Of a stretch of DNA of 64,000 bases, positions 12,101-36,050 are shown one piece after another. This DNA is from Raillietiella orientalis (Eukaryota), in contig JAYWIR010000018.1 of assembly GCA_036172245.1 (NCBI GenBank), positions 1,116,001 through 1,180,000 on the forward strand. Direction: 5' to 3'. The position numbers were made by a program, and so were the translations under genes. The first letter of the stretch is position 1, and the number at the start of each line of letters is the position of its first letter. The notes beneath the pieces are model-generated. The model was not told the DNA's origin. It worked only from the letters and a program-made list of their open reading frames with translations, and did no database searches.

Positions 12101-15100
12101 TTGAAAATCGCTGGTCTTCTCCGACTCTAATCTTGGGACCATATGCAATCCATGGTTTTGTAACATTACGTGTCATGACAATTATAGCACGCTGGGTTGC
12201 TTGATGGTCTAATTCATAATTAGTTTCAAAGTTCCTTGATCTTCATGTTTGGTTATCCATGCGCAGTTCCACTTTTTTCATCAGGCCCATGCCGAAACGG
12301 AGGCAGAGAGGGAGAGGGACAAGCAAGTCATTTTTTCCCCTCCTCTCTGTACGGATCGGTCTGTCTCCTTTCTGTTCACTACCGCCAGTTTCCAAAGGTT
12401 TGTGTGATCTTGTGGCCTCACGGTGACTTCCCGTTGTTCGCCGTTTCAGGTTCATCATGATTCTTAGTCGTTGCCGTTGGTGATCCGTAGCATCTCGTCC
12501 TCGCCTCACCGTCTCACTGACCGCTTTCCAGAGGAGGTGCAGCAGCAACACGCCGGCATTCAACGGCACCCAAAGGTCTTCCCTGAGTAAGCCGTACGGA
12601 AACGAATCCGTTTGCACCTTACTTTATTGCACCTTGACGCTGAGCTAGTCCGCAAGAGAATAGGGTACCGTGTACTTACCAGGGATGCAAGAATCGAGTG
12701 GGCAGATTTGGAATCAGCGATCAAGAAAATGGGACCAGGGCCATAGGTAGGAGGGGGCCGCCAACCGTGCCGCAAACGCACACGTACACACGCATGAGTA
12801 CACAAAGAGCAGCACTATCATGGAAAGCGAATTCAGTTCGTGTCGTTTGCTTATGTCTGGTGTCGCTTAGTAGAATCCGGATAGCACCGCCATCTTTATC
12901 ATTCAAGGAACGATTTTCTGCAAGCAGATTTGAGATGCGGCCGTTTCCCTATTTTTTCCCCATTTATTCTGGTTAACAAGAACCAGCAGCATAGTGTTTC
13001 CATGTCGCGGATTGTAATAACCTGGTTATCGTCGATCGTCTTTTTCCAAAAAATGTCCCCCCCCTTCCCTACCCCCCCCCCCTCCCTCACGTGCTTGATT
13101 TAACAGCAGATCCCAATCTTTCCCGACGCTCGCCTTTTTCGTGATAAGCGAATATCGGAAAATCGCCGATCCCAAGGCAAACCGTGCACGGTAGATTCTT
13201 GATGCCTAGGGAGGAGGAGTATTCACCGGTTGCGGCAGCCGAAAGTTGAGTGTAAATATAAACCGGAATTCTCTGGCTCGATATCCCTTGAGGTTAATTC
13301 GGTTCGAAGATCCAGCGGAACTTCATTTCCCAACAGTGTGCACTCCGGAATGAAGAACAATGCCGTGCACGTTCCCTTGTTCACGACCGAGTGAAGGGAT
13401 GCTCGGAGGCAGGAAGGCCGCCGTCTGCAAAAAAGAATAAAAAGGTAAGCTCTTTTCGTACTCGACGTCCAAGGTGGCCTGGCTGCTTGCGCGTCAGCGA
13501 ATCACGCTTTTTCACTTATCGAACGTGCTCGAGTGTGCCCCCCCCCCCCACACTTGGGTTACCGGGTGTTCTCCATGCAGTTCCCGGCAACGAGGTTCGC
13601 CGTAGGCGGACAAGCACTGCCCAAGAGCCGCACGGTGAGCCCTTGTTGCATCCCCGTTAGCCTCTTGAGACATGCCTTCCCGGTGCTCCTGTGGGAGGGT
13701 CGTTGGAAAGCCACAAGGCGAGAGAGGGCGGCTCCGAGACGGCGGAGGCACGCGGAAACACCATCAAGTGTTCCATCAAGAGGCAAAAAGTTCCTCAATC
13801 AACCGGAGTGACAGCGCTGAAGTCGGAAGAAGTCGAAACGTCGGCTAGTTCTGGCTAGCCGTGCTATTTGTCTCCATAATTCCAACGGATAGATCAAGCA
13901 GCCGTCCTTTTGTTCCGCGTTCGCTTCGATCTGATTTTTCCGTCTCGATCAACTTGCCCTACCTGGCAGCAGGTTTTGCCCTCCCCCCCCCCCCCCCTCT
14001 CTCTCATTGACTTTCGCTTGAAACCGTCTGAATCGGTCTTCGGTGCTCCATCCACGTTACTGGGGGCAACCAACCCCTTCTGACGAAAGCGCACGGGACT
14101 AAGGTCGCGTGTTCCTCCACCCCCGTGCATTATCAGCCACGGTGTCAAGGGTAGCAGCTCCGGCATCCAGATCAAAGATATCCGGCTTTTCGATCTCGGA
14201 TTTTCCGAGCACTCGACAGCTGCTGTCGTGTCTCTCGCACTTCGCATTGCACTCTGCACTGAGCGACGAGTTCACAATCCAAGGTGAAGAAACCGTGATG
14301 TATACAGAATTTCGACAGAGGTGTCGTTTCAAGTTTATTTTTTTTTCCTTTAGGGTCACAGCAGCAGCCCATTCGTTTTGCTGGGCCATTTTATTTTATT
14401 TCTCATCCGCTGTTATCTGTTGATTCGCCCGCGTGCTTTATCGTGTACTCAGTGGAATGCAAGCTGCAACCTCACGGCTGGTTGCCTGGCTAGCTACCAG
14501 GAGTTCCGTGTTTCGAGCTCGGGAGAACAAATCACAGACATTCTTCCTCGCCGATTCTCCTGAGCGTTGTCCCCAGCCCGTTCGCATTTGACCTTTAGCA
14601 AGGCGAGTTCCTTTTGGCACCAACCACGGCGCTTCACAAACGCCGCTGTCCATTCCCAAGTCCCGTCTGAAAGTGGGTCCCCAAAGATCCTTCTGGACTT
14701 GTTTCCGTGACAACAAATTTCGGACTGCCGGCCAGAGGAAAAAGAGGTGCGGAAGAAAGAAACTTTTACGGCCGAAGGGGGGATTTCCTTGGTCTGGGAA
14801 GAACCAGGAACGGGCTGACACGGAGTGTAAGTTTTCCATGGAAACCAGATCGAGGTACTTGGAACTTGCTGCTCTGGACGAGGAGGAATGTCTCCCTTGT
14901 GGACAAGATGCAGCCGCTTCTAGGGTGGCGCTTCTTTGCCTGATGCTGCTTTTCCCTTGATGCTCGCTCCCTACCCCAATTTGTTTTCCCGCTGTTTTTT
15001 CAAGGGATGAAATTTTTTTTTGTTTTTCATCTGCCCTGAGGGAGAGGAGTGAGTTGAAGGAATGGGGGATCTGGGCCCTAGCTGCACCTCCAGTGGATGA

Positions 15101-15357
15101 TCGGGCGCTGGTGAAGGCGAAGCCCGCTGTGGGTTCACGCGGTGAGGAAGGAGACGGCTGCTGCTGCTGTTGCTCCTCGCTTTCTCGTCAGCCCAGAAGT
15201 CTTCACTACCCTAGATTCTCCCTCGGGGAGGAGATCCATGTTTCGGGTAGTCCTCGGGAAGATCCCAAGCCGTCCTGGAAGCTCCATTCTTGCGGCGCAG
15301 ATCCGGCGTGGGAGGGACGCGCGAGAGCCAGGCTGCTGGCCGCTCTCTTCTGGGGTC

Positions 15358-16125
15358 GTCCGCGTTGCATCCATGCAGCGACGGCGATCTCTGAGAGTGG
15401 CACCAGGCGTCGCGGGTTCGAATCCCACCCAGGGAAGCATCGACACCAGAGAAATGGGTGCCGGTGCCCCCGCAAGATGATGCTGGTTCGCCCGAAGGCT
15501 TTGCGTGGGGCACTCATGGAAGCCGGATGCTCCCGTTGACAGGCCTGGATCGGAAGCTGACCCTCCGGGCTCCTTCCAGAAACCAAGGAGGAGGTTCTCG
15601 TCGGGGTTTCCCTCCGGTTGCGAGATTAGAGCCGGTTGATACCTCTCCAGAGTGTGAAGAAGGAAGCGCGCTGCTCCCGTTGGCGAGCGACCCTTCAGAG
15701 AAAAATGGGAAGCGTCCCTTAGAGATTCTCTTCGGAGGAACAAACAGGGATCGGGGATCCCTCCGGAGCAGAAATTCCAGGAGCGCAGATCCTTTCCAGG
15801 TTCCCTTCGGAAAAGAAAATCAGGGGCGGCTACCACAAACTGGGGGGTCCCCTCAGGAGGGATTAAGGAAGAGGTAATTCCTTTCGGAGCTTCATTCGGC
15901 GACCACCAGGGCGAGGGTTCCTTCCTTCGGTGTTCCTTCCCAAGCATGAGAGGAACGGACTCCGTTCCTCCAGAGCTCTTTCTGGATCCACAGGTGGTTC
16001 CCTCCCGAGGAGCCCCCTATGACTTGTTGCACGATGGCGTGGACAGCGCTTAAAGAGCTTCGTGAGCCCACCGCAAGGAGGCTGCCACTCGTCAGCACTC
16101 CTGGAGAACCAGGGGGAAGGAAACT
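15358..16125 (+). repeat. SINE-like family copy B (near full length, tRNA-derived head)
   Basis: Pol III B-box GGTTCGAATCCC at 15415-15426, followed by about 700 bp collinear with copy C (e.g. ggaagctgaccctccggg, ggttgatacctctcca, ggacagcgcttaaagagcttcgtgagccc). Confidence 0.8.
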
Positions 16126-19026
16126 CTCTGCGTCCCATGGAATCCCGGTGCCATCCGTGGAAGACACCGTGGGGCCTGGGTGGGATTAGCTGCCGTACCG
16201 CTGCTTCATCGCCCGCCGAGATTGATCACAGGCAGCCCCGAGCCGGTTACGCGGTGCTGAGGAGGAAAGCCGGAGCGAAGGGAATTGACGTTTCGCAGCG
16301 GTGCGAGAAGGCGAGCCGAAGGTCTCCATGCAGACGGGCCGATCCGGGCCATCCGTGCGGGCGGGGAGGAGAAGGAGAAGCCGGGGCGGGGGGAAAGGGA
16401 GGGAGGAGCGGGAATCCGGAAGGAGCCGCCGATGCGGGGAGAGTCCGCAGGCGTCGCCCGGAAGCGCGGAGGAAGACCGCGGCGACCACTCCACTGGGTA
16501 GCGGTTCCCTGAGCGCGTGCCCCCTCCCCCATTCCTCCCGCGGGAGGAAAGCAGGAGTCGGCGGGGGGTCCTGCTGCACGATTCAGAGAGGAAACTCATG
16601 GTTGCAAGGAGCTTCGGGCGGTGCATCCCTGTTCCGTGTCTGGAAAGTTTCGGGGAAGGGTTGTAAGCAGCCAAACCTCCCGCCCGTTCCCCGCATCCCA
16701 TTATTTATCAATTCATTTATCGTTTGTTTGTTGCTGGGCGGAAGAGCACGGCAGCGAAGGGGAGGAGCCCGTCGCGTTCCCAGGAGGCGCGCAGCCTCGC
16801 GCACTTGTCGGAGGTCGCGTCTCGCGGTTTCCGAGGGAACCGCGAGCTCAGGCCCGGCCCCCGGAAGCACGTCACTGCTCTCCCTTCCCTTCCCGAACGC
16901 ACCCGTCTGGGACGGAAAGCGGGGGAGTGGAGACAGAGGCGACTCGAGGGAGGGACCCGCGGCAGGGACGGACGGATGAATGCTGGGAACCCCTGTGCGC
17001 ACCCCGTGTGCACGTCTTGTTTCCATCAAGGCCCTCACCGCGGATCGTAAGGAGATACCGGTTTCCTGGACGCCGCCTCCGAGAAAGGGGGGGGAGGGGA
17101 GGGGCAGCAGATAAAGTAGGTCGGTCGGTTTCCCGTTTCGTTCGGTTGTCGTCGGTGGAGGCAGCAGCGGCGTCAAGGCGCGCTCCTCTTTTCCCTTGGT
17201 GACCTCGCCGACGAACAGCGACCGAGTCGCGTCGCGGGCGCCCGCATCCCAGCTGCAGAGGAGAGCGGAAGGAAGGCGACTAGTGGAAATCCCCTAGCGT
17301 GCTCTGAAGCGCCCAAGGTAAGCTCCTCCTCTCCTCCTCCCCACCAGCCCCCACTCCTCCCGCTGGGTCCGCGGGTCTGCCGGAGGCAGCAGGCCCCTCT
17401 CACCCCGCTCGCCTCGTGCGCAGCTCGAAGCTTGCTGGAGGGAGGAGGTGGGTCGCCCCATCCCCGCCCCCCGGCTGGGAAATCACGTGGTGGTGTGGAC
17501 CTCCCCACTCCGTTGCTTCCAGCCATGAGGCCGGGAAAGATCCCCGTGCTCCCAGCCGCGTCCGCGGAATCGCCCACCGCGCACCCGCCCGAGGAAAAAC
17601 TCCGGGACGCGGCCCCGGTCCTTCCCTCTCGGTCGCCCCCGCGCTCGTGCCCAACCGAAAGGGTCAGTGGGGCGGGAATAAGCTGCATGGCAGCTCCACT
17701 TCTCCGAAGGATGCCTACCCCTTCCCCCCTTTCCTCCATCGTCCTTCGGCCGCGTTCTCCAGCAACGGATCTGCCCTATTCTACACGCCAGAAGATTCCG
17801 GGCCGGGGGAGACAGGTCGAGAACGCTTCGACTCCGGTCAGAGCGAGAGGGTCCTCTTTGCAAAGACCGGACCGAAGCGCTCCCTCCTCGAGCACGCGGG
17901 AGGTCCATTCCCAGAAGTCCCAGCGACTCGTCGAGCGCCGGACCGGGACACGAAAAGCTACCGGTCGGTGGGTGGACCACAGTCGCACCGTCTACTGCCC
18001 CTCGGCATCTCATCCCTGACGGGACGCGTCCGCTGCCCCGAAAAGTCTCACGGCTGCTTGTCGCTTCCGTTCCGGATGATCCTCGCCGAAGAGGCTGCGC
18101 CTTTCGGACATCCCGGATTTTTCGGCGCAGTTCTCCGAAAGGATCGACAGGGACGTTGAGGATGTCGATGTAGCAGGGGGAGAATGATGAGGATGAAGAG
18201 AACGCTTCTTGAGAAGAACGCTGCCATTGAGAATGCTGATGGTGAGGACGATGCGGATGCAGATTGCGAGGAGTAGTAGCGGGAGGGGGGCGATGCTGCT
18301 GTGGTCGCTGCTAGTGAGGAGGCGGAGGGAACGAAGTGTTTCTACGAAATTTTTGAGCCTCCCTTCAGTCTTCCGGAGCGTTGGCAGACATTCCCGAGGG
18401 AACCCTCCGCTTCTGAAGGATGCGACCCCTTTCCCTCTTTCTTCCTCTCACCCCTTGTGGGAGTGCCCCTCCCTCCCTTTCCCTCCGATCTCCTGTTGCC
18501 CCTAGGATCGAACGACGAACGAGTTTGGAGTGAAGTTCAGGGAAGAAGGGAGCGGCACGCTTGTCTCTGCCCTTCAAAAAGGGGGAGCAGGAAGGGAGCG
18601 GCAGTCTCCCGACGAACTCATGGAAAAAACTTCCCGCCCACTCCTCAGGGAGGGAGCTCAGGAGCTTCGGGCTGGGACGGACGCGGTGGTTCCCTGCGTG
18701 GGCGGTCTCGCCTGCGGGTACGATGAGTCGCTACCCTTCCACTTCCCGACTCCGTCCGCATCTTCGCCCGGTTTCCTGACGTCCTAGGAGCCTGCACGCG
18801 TGACGAAACGCCACTCTTCCCCGAGGACCTCGGCCGAGTCTTCGGTACGCGGCGCCCTTGCTCCGAAGATGCGATCTCTCGGCCATGCCGTTCCGGATGC
18901 GGGCTAGACCCGGATGTGGAGCTGGCCATCTTCCGAGAGAGCGTTTCTTGTAGTTTAGAATTCGTAGGCCAAGTGGGTGGGGTCGAAGCCGCCCTTCCTG
19001 ATGCGTACGTGTCTTTCCCGTTCCAG

Positions 19027-29626
<10,600 letters not shown>

Positions 29627-32600
29627 TTATCTGTTTGCGTCTGTTTATCTTCTGTGGAGTGATGTATGAAATTCCCATATGTTTTGGAAATGAACAAGAG
29701 TTCACGCAATCCCTGAAAATTTTAAAAACTTATGCAGTCTGGTGTGCACATTCATCTTGCTCACCTTATTCTCTATCATCAATGCTTGCAATTGTTCATT
29801 GGCTTTGTCTGATTGGGAATCCAATTTCACTGCTTGTTGCATGATTCCTACCATTTCCTCTACTTTCTGGGTCTTGGCCTCAAGTAACTTACAGCATCCA
29901 CAGACTCTTTACTGGTTACATGCGTCACTTACCTGTTGTAAATGCTGATTTTCTTCTTGCAACATTTTGACATGTTGCTGATCTTTGCAAATCTCCCGAG
30001 TGTTACTCACAATCGAAATAAGCTGGCTCATCTGTTGCCGATAGCGGGACATGATAATATCCAGCACACTTTGGTAGTCTTGTACCGTTGCTTTGAGTTG
30101 TCGATTTTCCTGTTGTAACTGCTGGATGTGACGATTTTCCTGATGAATTCCAAATACTAAAGTAGAATGGGGTCGTTGCTGAGATAGCTGATTCAACTGA
30201 GCAACCTCATCTTTATACTGTAAAGACATTTCTGGATTGAATATTATTTTACAACCAACTTCTTTCATATTGTTGATTTGTCCAAGCAGCAGTTCACTCT
30301 CTATAATAAGAGCATCAGCCAAACGGTCACGTTTCTTGATCTGGTTGGCCAACTGTTTGGCATCACTAAGAATGTCTTGAATGCTCATTGACATTCTAGT
30401 ACTTCAGTCCATTCTTTCCTTTTAAAACAGCACTAGCCTGACCTAGTGAAGAAAGATTCAATAAAATTATTTTCAAGTTCAACTGCTCAGAATTATAAGG
30501 CAATACAGGTTGAAGTGTGAATTATGTGTTTGAAGTGGACAAATCAAAAAACCTACCATAACATTTAACCTCCTCATTTAACTCAGTCCTTTCCAGAGAC
30601 TGTCATTAGTTTTATTCACATAACACAAACAGGGAAATGAATCGAAAATGATAATTTGATTATTAATTAACACTGTTACGTCCAGAAGTAATAGTAACAA
30701 GGAAAACTGAGAACAGACATCCAATAAGGTAATCAAATGCTAACTTTATGCTATTTTCCACAATATCTAAAATTTGAGACCTTATGATGCTTGATAACTC
30801 GGGTGCTTAATCTACGCGATCCTTTTCCTACTCTTTAACACACGGATATTCCAATACATATGAAATTCACTCCTTAATGTTTTCATCGTTAAGATCAAAT
30901 ATACACAAAATTCAACTATCATGTAAACTGACTCAATACATATATTAGTTTTCCAAATATAATGTACATTTCATTACTTTGTATTTCATATAGGCCGTAA
31001 CAATAAAGCAAATATTTAACCAAAGAAACACCATTAGTCAACTTACTTAGTTACATCTTTAAACAAATTAAAATTTCCAAATCGATCTTGTTTTGGAAGG
31101 TACTCTCATCACAATTAAGTTACACATTTTTGCATTAAAAGCCATCCACGACACATATCAATCACCCATATCAATCTACAAAATAATAACGACGACAAAT
31201 TCCAGCAATTTTCTACAATATACAGATCTTTTATCAATTTGACCGCAATCTACCATTTCTTATGCAAATCTTATGCTATTCTTAAAACAATTTTTGCTTG
31301 TTTTTCTTCGAAAAATTATCACTGAGCATTGTTGATTGCATATTTTCCCCTAAAACACGATTGCAGTAATCTCAAACAGGGCTTAAACAGTAATCCCATT
31401 CCGGATTGCAACTTTTTCCACATACCAAATTGCTAATAAAACCTTCTTGTTGATTTGGAAGCTTGTCTACCTTGACCAATCCAGTTTGATTTAATACTAA
31501 AAACTGATCAAATATTTTTAGTTAAAGATGGCATTTTTTATTTTAAACAACTTTTCCAGCAAACTGTTGTATGACGCTATTGTAATTCACATTCATTCAT
31601 AATTTTTATACCCCTTTGGAATTAATCAAGAAAGTATCTGAAATGCATGATAAAGTGTAATTAAGTGCACTAAAAAAATACTCCCTTAAAATAACTAAAA
31701 CCAAGTATTACGTACTTTTGCTACTTTTTTTTAGTTTCTGCTTTTTTTTTTTAATTTTCGATACGGAAGCTAGTGATAATGCCATGATAAAAAGCACAAC
31801 AATAAATAAAGATTGAAACTTTGGAAAATTAAAAGCATGAACAGATGTTTAGTAACGATTCAAACGAACACTTCCTTTTGCTAATGTATTAAAAGTATTT
31901 AGCTAACAAGGAAATTCAGAAATGAGTGGGGTAAGAAATTTAATGCTCCAGGACTCCTAAATTATTCGAGAATGTAGTTTTTATTCTTTTTAAAACCCCA
32001 CAAAAAATTCAGAAACAAAAATCCAAGAAGATAAGATCAAGACAAATTTGAAAGCTACATGCAGGATAGTAACGAGGTTAGTATTTTGAAATTTTCGTAT
32101 TTTTCTGGTGTTTTGCAATTTTGCAATTCTCAATTCAGTTGAATTTTGCCGAAATACATTAGAAAAGCCTCAGGTCTCAGCCCCTGAGCAAAAGATCTTA
32201 CTCAGTCCCAGACTCTCAGTTACGCCTTTTCAGATCAAGAAACAACTGTGACCTCTGTAGTTTTCTAAGGAAAAAAGAAAAAACATGGTTTTTTGCACTA
32301 TATGGAAAACATTCAAATGAGCACCGATTAAATGAATAAAAGTACTAAGAAGGAAAAAGATGCATACATCTAGGTTGAGTCTTTAAAATACTCTCAAAAC
32401 GATTTGCTTTTTATTCTTATTTATCCATCACAGTTGATAATCAACACATGATTATAAATAATGTAACTATTAGTTTGCATCATTATGCATTAAAGATTTT
32501 ACTGCTCACTAATGCGAACTAGCACCAAAGATGAATCCAAGCATCTTCTATTCGAGCATCAAATTCCAAAAAATTCCAAAGAATTACAGTGTTTCGTATT

Positions 32601-35317
32601 CGAGAAACTTTTTACATTTTGGCTTTCTTTAAATCAAATTAATTTTAAATGAAAATCTATAAATTCTAGTTTGGAATAATCTCGAAGAACTTATTCGTTA
32701 TTATCAAGTTGGAAATGTAGTTTACCTTGGTAAACATGTACCTAATTCCGATGCACCGGAGAAGTCTGCGTATAACATTTACAAAACGTTTACAAAAAAA
32801 GTTGGAAGTTTTGTAAAAGATCTGACAAAACGACTGTCTACATAAAGGGTAAATTGGGCATGAGTGTCAAAGACCCTCCGAAGCCAAGCAACCGTGAAAG
32901 TTCAGGATGAATCGACGAATATTCTGATTCTATTTACATGAATAATTTGTTTGACTTTATTGAAGAATGGAAAGTTACGATATCCGTTCTTGGAAAGCAT
33001 GCAAGCTGTTTCTTAAATCTAGGAAGGAGACGGAAAAAGATTTGGAGAGCTGGAAAGAAAAGGCCGCTGAGACAAAACCTTTCAAACTCCACCATCTGAT
33101 AACCATTATTCAGCAACAAAAATTCGCAAAAAGTCCCCGACATTCAGGAATCACAGGTTCCAGGAATCACAGTCACAGGTTACTTACTTTGTGCTATTAA
33201 CTTGAGAAACGTGAACATCTCTCCGCAGTTAAAGTACAAACATGTAATAACAGAAACTGCTGAGAAGCATGAAGAATCCAAGATGTCCTTGGCGTGAAGC
33301 ACAACAAGTTGGCGTGAAATTGTGTTTCTATGAAACATTCCTAGGTTCCTCTGCGTCCGTGGGCAGCTATCTTCGCATGACCCACTGACATAATTGAAGT
33401 AAGTAAATGGAAATCAATAAGGGGGACTTTAATAGTCCAGCAACGAAACATGGTGAGGAAATGGACGAAGACCGGATAGAGTGCTGAAGTAAGAATTGTT
33501 GGACCATTTGAGAAGGCGTTTCCTTGGGAACGACTAATGAAAGGGAGATGAAGCAAATTCTTTCATGAAACTTTGAAATCAGTTCCTAATGAACTGGATG
33601 CATACAGAACATCCTTTCTCCTTCCGACCACGCACTGGTTAGTAGCCGGCTGTCAGTTTGCTGAGGTAGCCTGGGAAACGCCAGGTGTGCTCGTTTTTCG
33701 AGAGTGGGATGGATTTGTACTGTATCACCAGAGTCCCACAAATTCAGTTTCTCATGCCACCTTCGGAAAACAGATGTAGTTGAGGAGCGGTTTGCAGAAT
33801 GTTGATTAACTGAGTCAAAGAAGACCAACTTCTGACTCCTCCTACCGAGTGAAGATGCTCTTTGTTTGGCCGATTCGCTCAAGACGGCGCTGATCGCGCA
33901 GCTCTCCTATATTTAGCTGGCACCACTTGCAATCTTTCTATGCTCGAAGGAATCTGCAGAGCTAGGGTCCCACTCCCACATGTCATCAGATGACCTCTAC
34001 AGGCAGGCCGCGAGCGATTCCTTATTGATTTTCCCAGAGCACAGAAGAGCGGGAGCTGTGAGTGGCGCGCGCCAGCCCAAAGGACTGAGAAGCAAGAAGC
34101 ATCCGATATTCGCGCGCGACCTCTTGGTCTGAGCGGAAGTCTCCCGTTCACCTCGGAAGAACAACAACCCTCCACTATGAGAGCAGCGATCCCTCTTCTT
34201 AAGCGTTCCCCCAATCGCACTCCCTTCCTCCCCCCTATTCCCTCTCTGTCTCTCCTGACGGTTCGAAGCCGCTCTCATGAGAGCGGCCACATTCCAGATG
34301 TCGGTGGGAGGCGAGGCAAACCGGAAGCGATAGCGAGTCTCGTTTGGTACTTCTCGGAGATAAGGGAAACTGACCTCGGGAAAAGGCGCCCTTCGTTCGC
34401 TCTGCTTTTCCAGTGTCTCATCTTAGAGCACCAGGGTCTGTACGTGTCCCTGCTTGGGATCTATACATGGAAGTACACATATTCGGCAGGAGGATAAGAA
34501 AGAAGGCGAACGATGTGCTGCCGAAGGACGAACCGCTTTGAAGATGGATGCAAGGTATTCTCCGGGTTCAATCTAGATGCTGGAGGGAAGGAGGAAATCT
34601 TGGTCACGCAGAGGCGAAAGGAGAAAAAGGAAGAACGTTGATGGACTCTACAAGAGGACCACATGAGCTCCTCCCCTGCTCCCTGAGCCAGAGCTGCTGG
34701 GTTTCGATTTCTCGGTCAAGGAAGCAGGAGAGGAAGGTAAGGTAGGGAGGAAGAGGAACGGGACGTTCTCTTGTGGCGATTTTGCCAGCAGGGAGGTCAG
34801 AAAGGATCGGGTGAGCGGCTCATTCGATATACTCTCGAACAAAGAACCTGTTCCTGACCAGGCGGGATGGATGCAGGTCGCGACTGCTTCAGCCTTCTCC
34901 TCTTCGAGAAATCCGTGGCACTCTTGGGGGTGGGGACTCTGCACGGGAGGTTCGCGTCTATCCTTGCCACGGTAGTTTCTGCTGATTCTGTTCATTCAGA
35001 CATCAGCACAGCGACTATCGGCTCCCGGATTCCCACACGCGCAACTGATTCGCGCTTACCTTTTTTTGCCTCGTCCTGCTCTCCTCCCACCCCACCCCCT
35101 CTCGTTTTACCCCGACGATGCCGGAGTTGGCGACCAAAAGAGTTCCCAAAAGACAGGAAATAATAAAAAAAGCAGGAGGGTTCACCGGCATGCAAACGGA
35201 GGGTTGGGTCAGGGGTCCTTCATAGGAGCCGCCCGTTCATCCCTGTGACTGGCGCTGAATGGTGGCGAACTCTCTGGCTGACCTCACCCTTATGCAAGCG
35301 GAGCACCTGAAGAAAGA

Positions 35318-36050
35318 GACCCGAGTTGGCGGCCATGTGGCTGCAGTCTCCACCGCGCGTGGCACCGAGCCTCGCAGGTTCGAATCCCTCCCGGGGAAAA
35401 GGATCGACGCTCCGAGAACATGGAGCGCGTCGTGGGTTTTGAGTGCCCCCCTTCCCGCAGGATGACGCTGGTTCGCCTCGATTAGCTTTGGGTGCGGCAC
35501 TGGTGGAAGCCCCCGTTGACTGGCCGGGATTGGAAGTTGACTCTCCGGGGTCCTTCCAGGAATCGAGGGTTCAGTTCCTTTCAGGTTTCTAGCCCGATTG
35601 TGAAAATTGAGGCGTTTTCCCCTCCCTTCGAGGGAAGACCCTCCATCGCTTCCCTGGAGCTGGTTGATACCTCTCCATAGTATAAGAAACACTCTACCTC
35701 CTTCGGGGAGCGCCCTTCAGAGAAATCGGGAAGCGGCCTTTCAGGGTTCTCTTCGGAGGAGCAAACAGGAAGCGGGTCCCTTGCCAGGAGTCCCTCCGGA
35801 GCGAGTGAGAAAAAGGTTCCCTTAGGAGTTCTCTCCCAAGCGTGAGAGGAACAGAATCATTCTTCCGGAACCCTTCCTGGGTCCATAGGGTGGTGCCCTC
35901 CAGGGGACCCCCTATAACCTGAAGAGTTGACACGCACCATCGGGAGTGGCGTGGATAGCGCTGAAGAGCTTCGTGAGCCCCCCTCAAGGAGGTCTCCAGA
36001 GTTCCAATTTCTTCAGCACTTGGCCAACGAAGAAAAAGAAAACCCGAAAG
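35318..36050 (+). repeat. SINE-like family copy C (full length)
   Basis: Head gttggcggccatgtgg (A-box-like), GGTTCGAATCCC at 35377-35388, shared body, and A-rich 3' end ttcttcagcacttggccaacgaagaaaaagaaaacccgaaa. Confidence 0.85.

Noticed and set aside
12243..12617. Possible isolated minus-strand exon (DSFPYGLLREDLWVPLNAG...)
   Set aside because: No homology recognised and no neighbouring exons in phase.
15358..15430. tRNA genes at the GGTTCGAATCCC motifs (also 35377, 40810, about 54980, about 63295)
   Set aside because: No consistent cloverleaf or anticodon arm, and each is followed by the same repeat body, so they are SINE heads.
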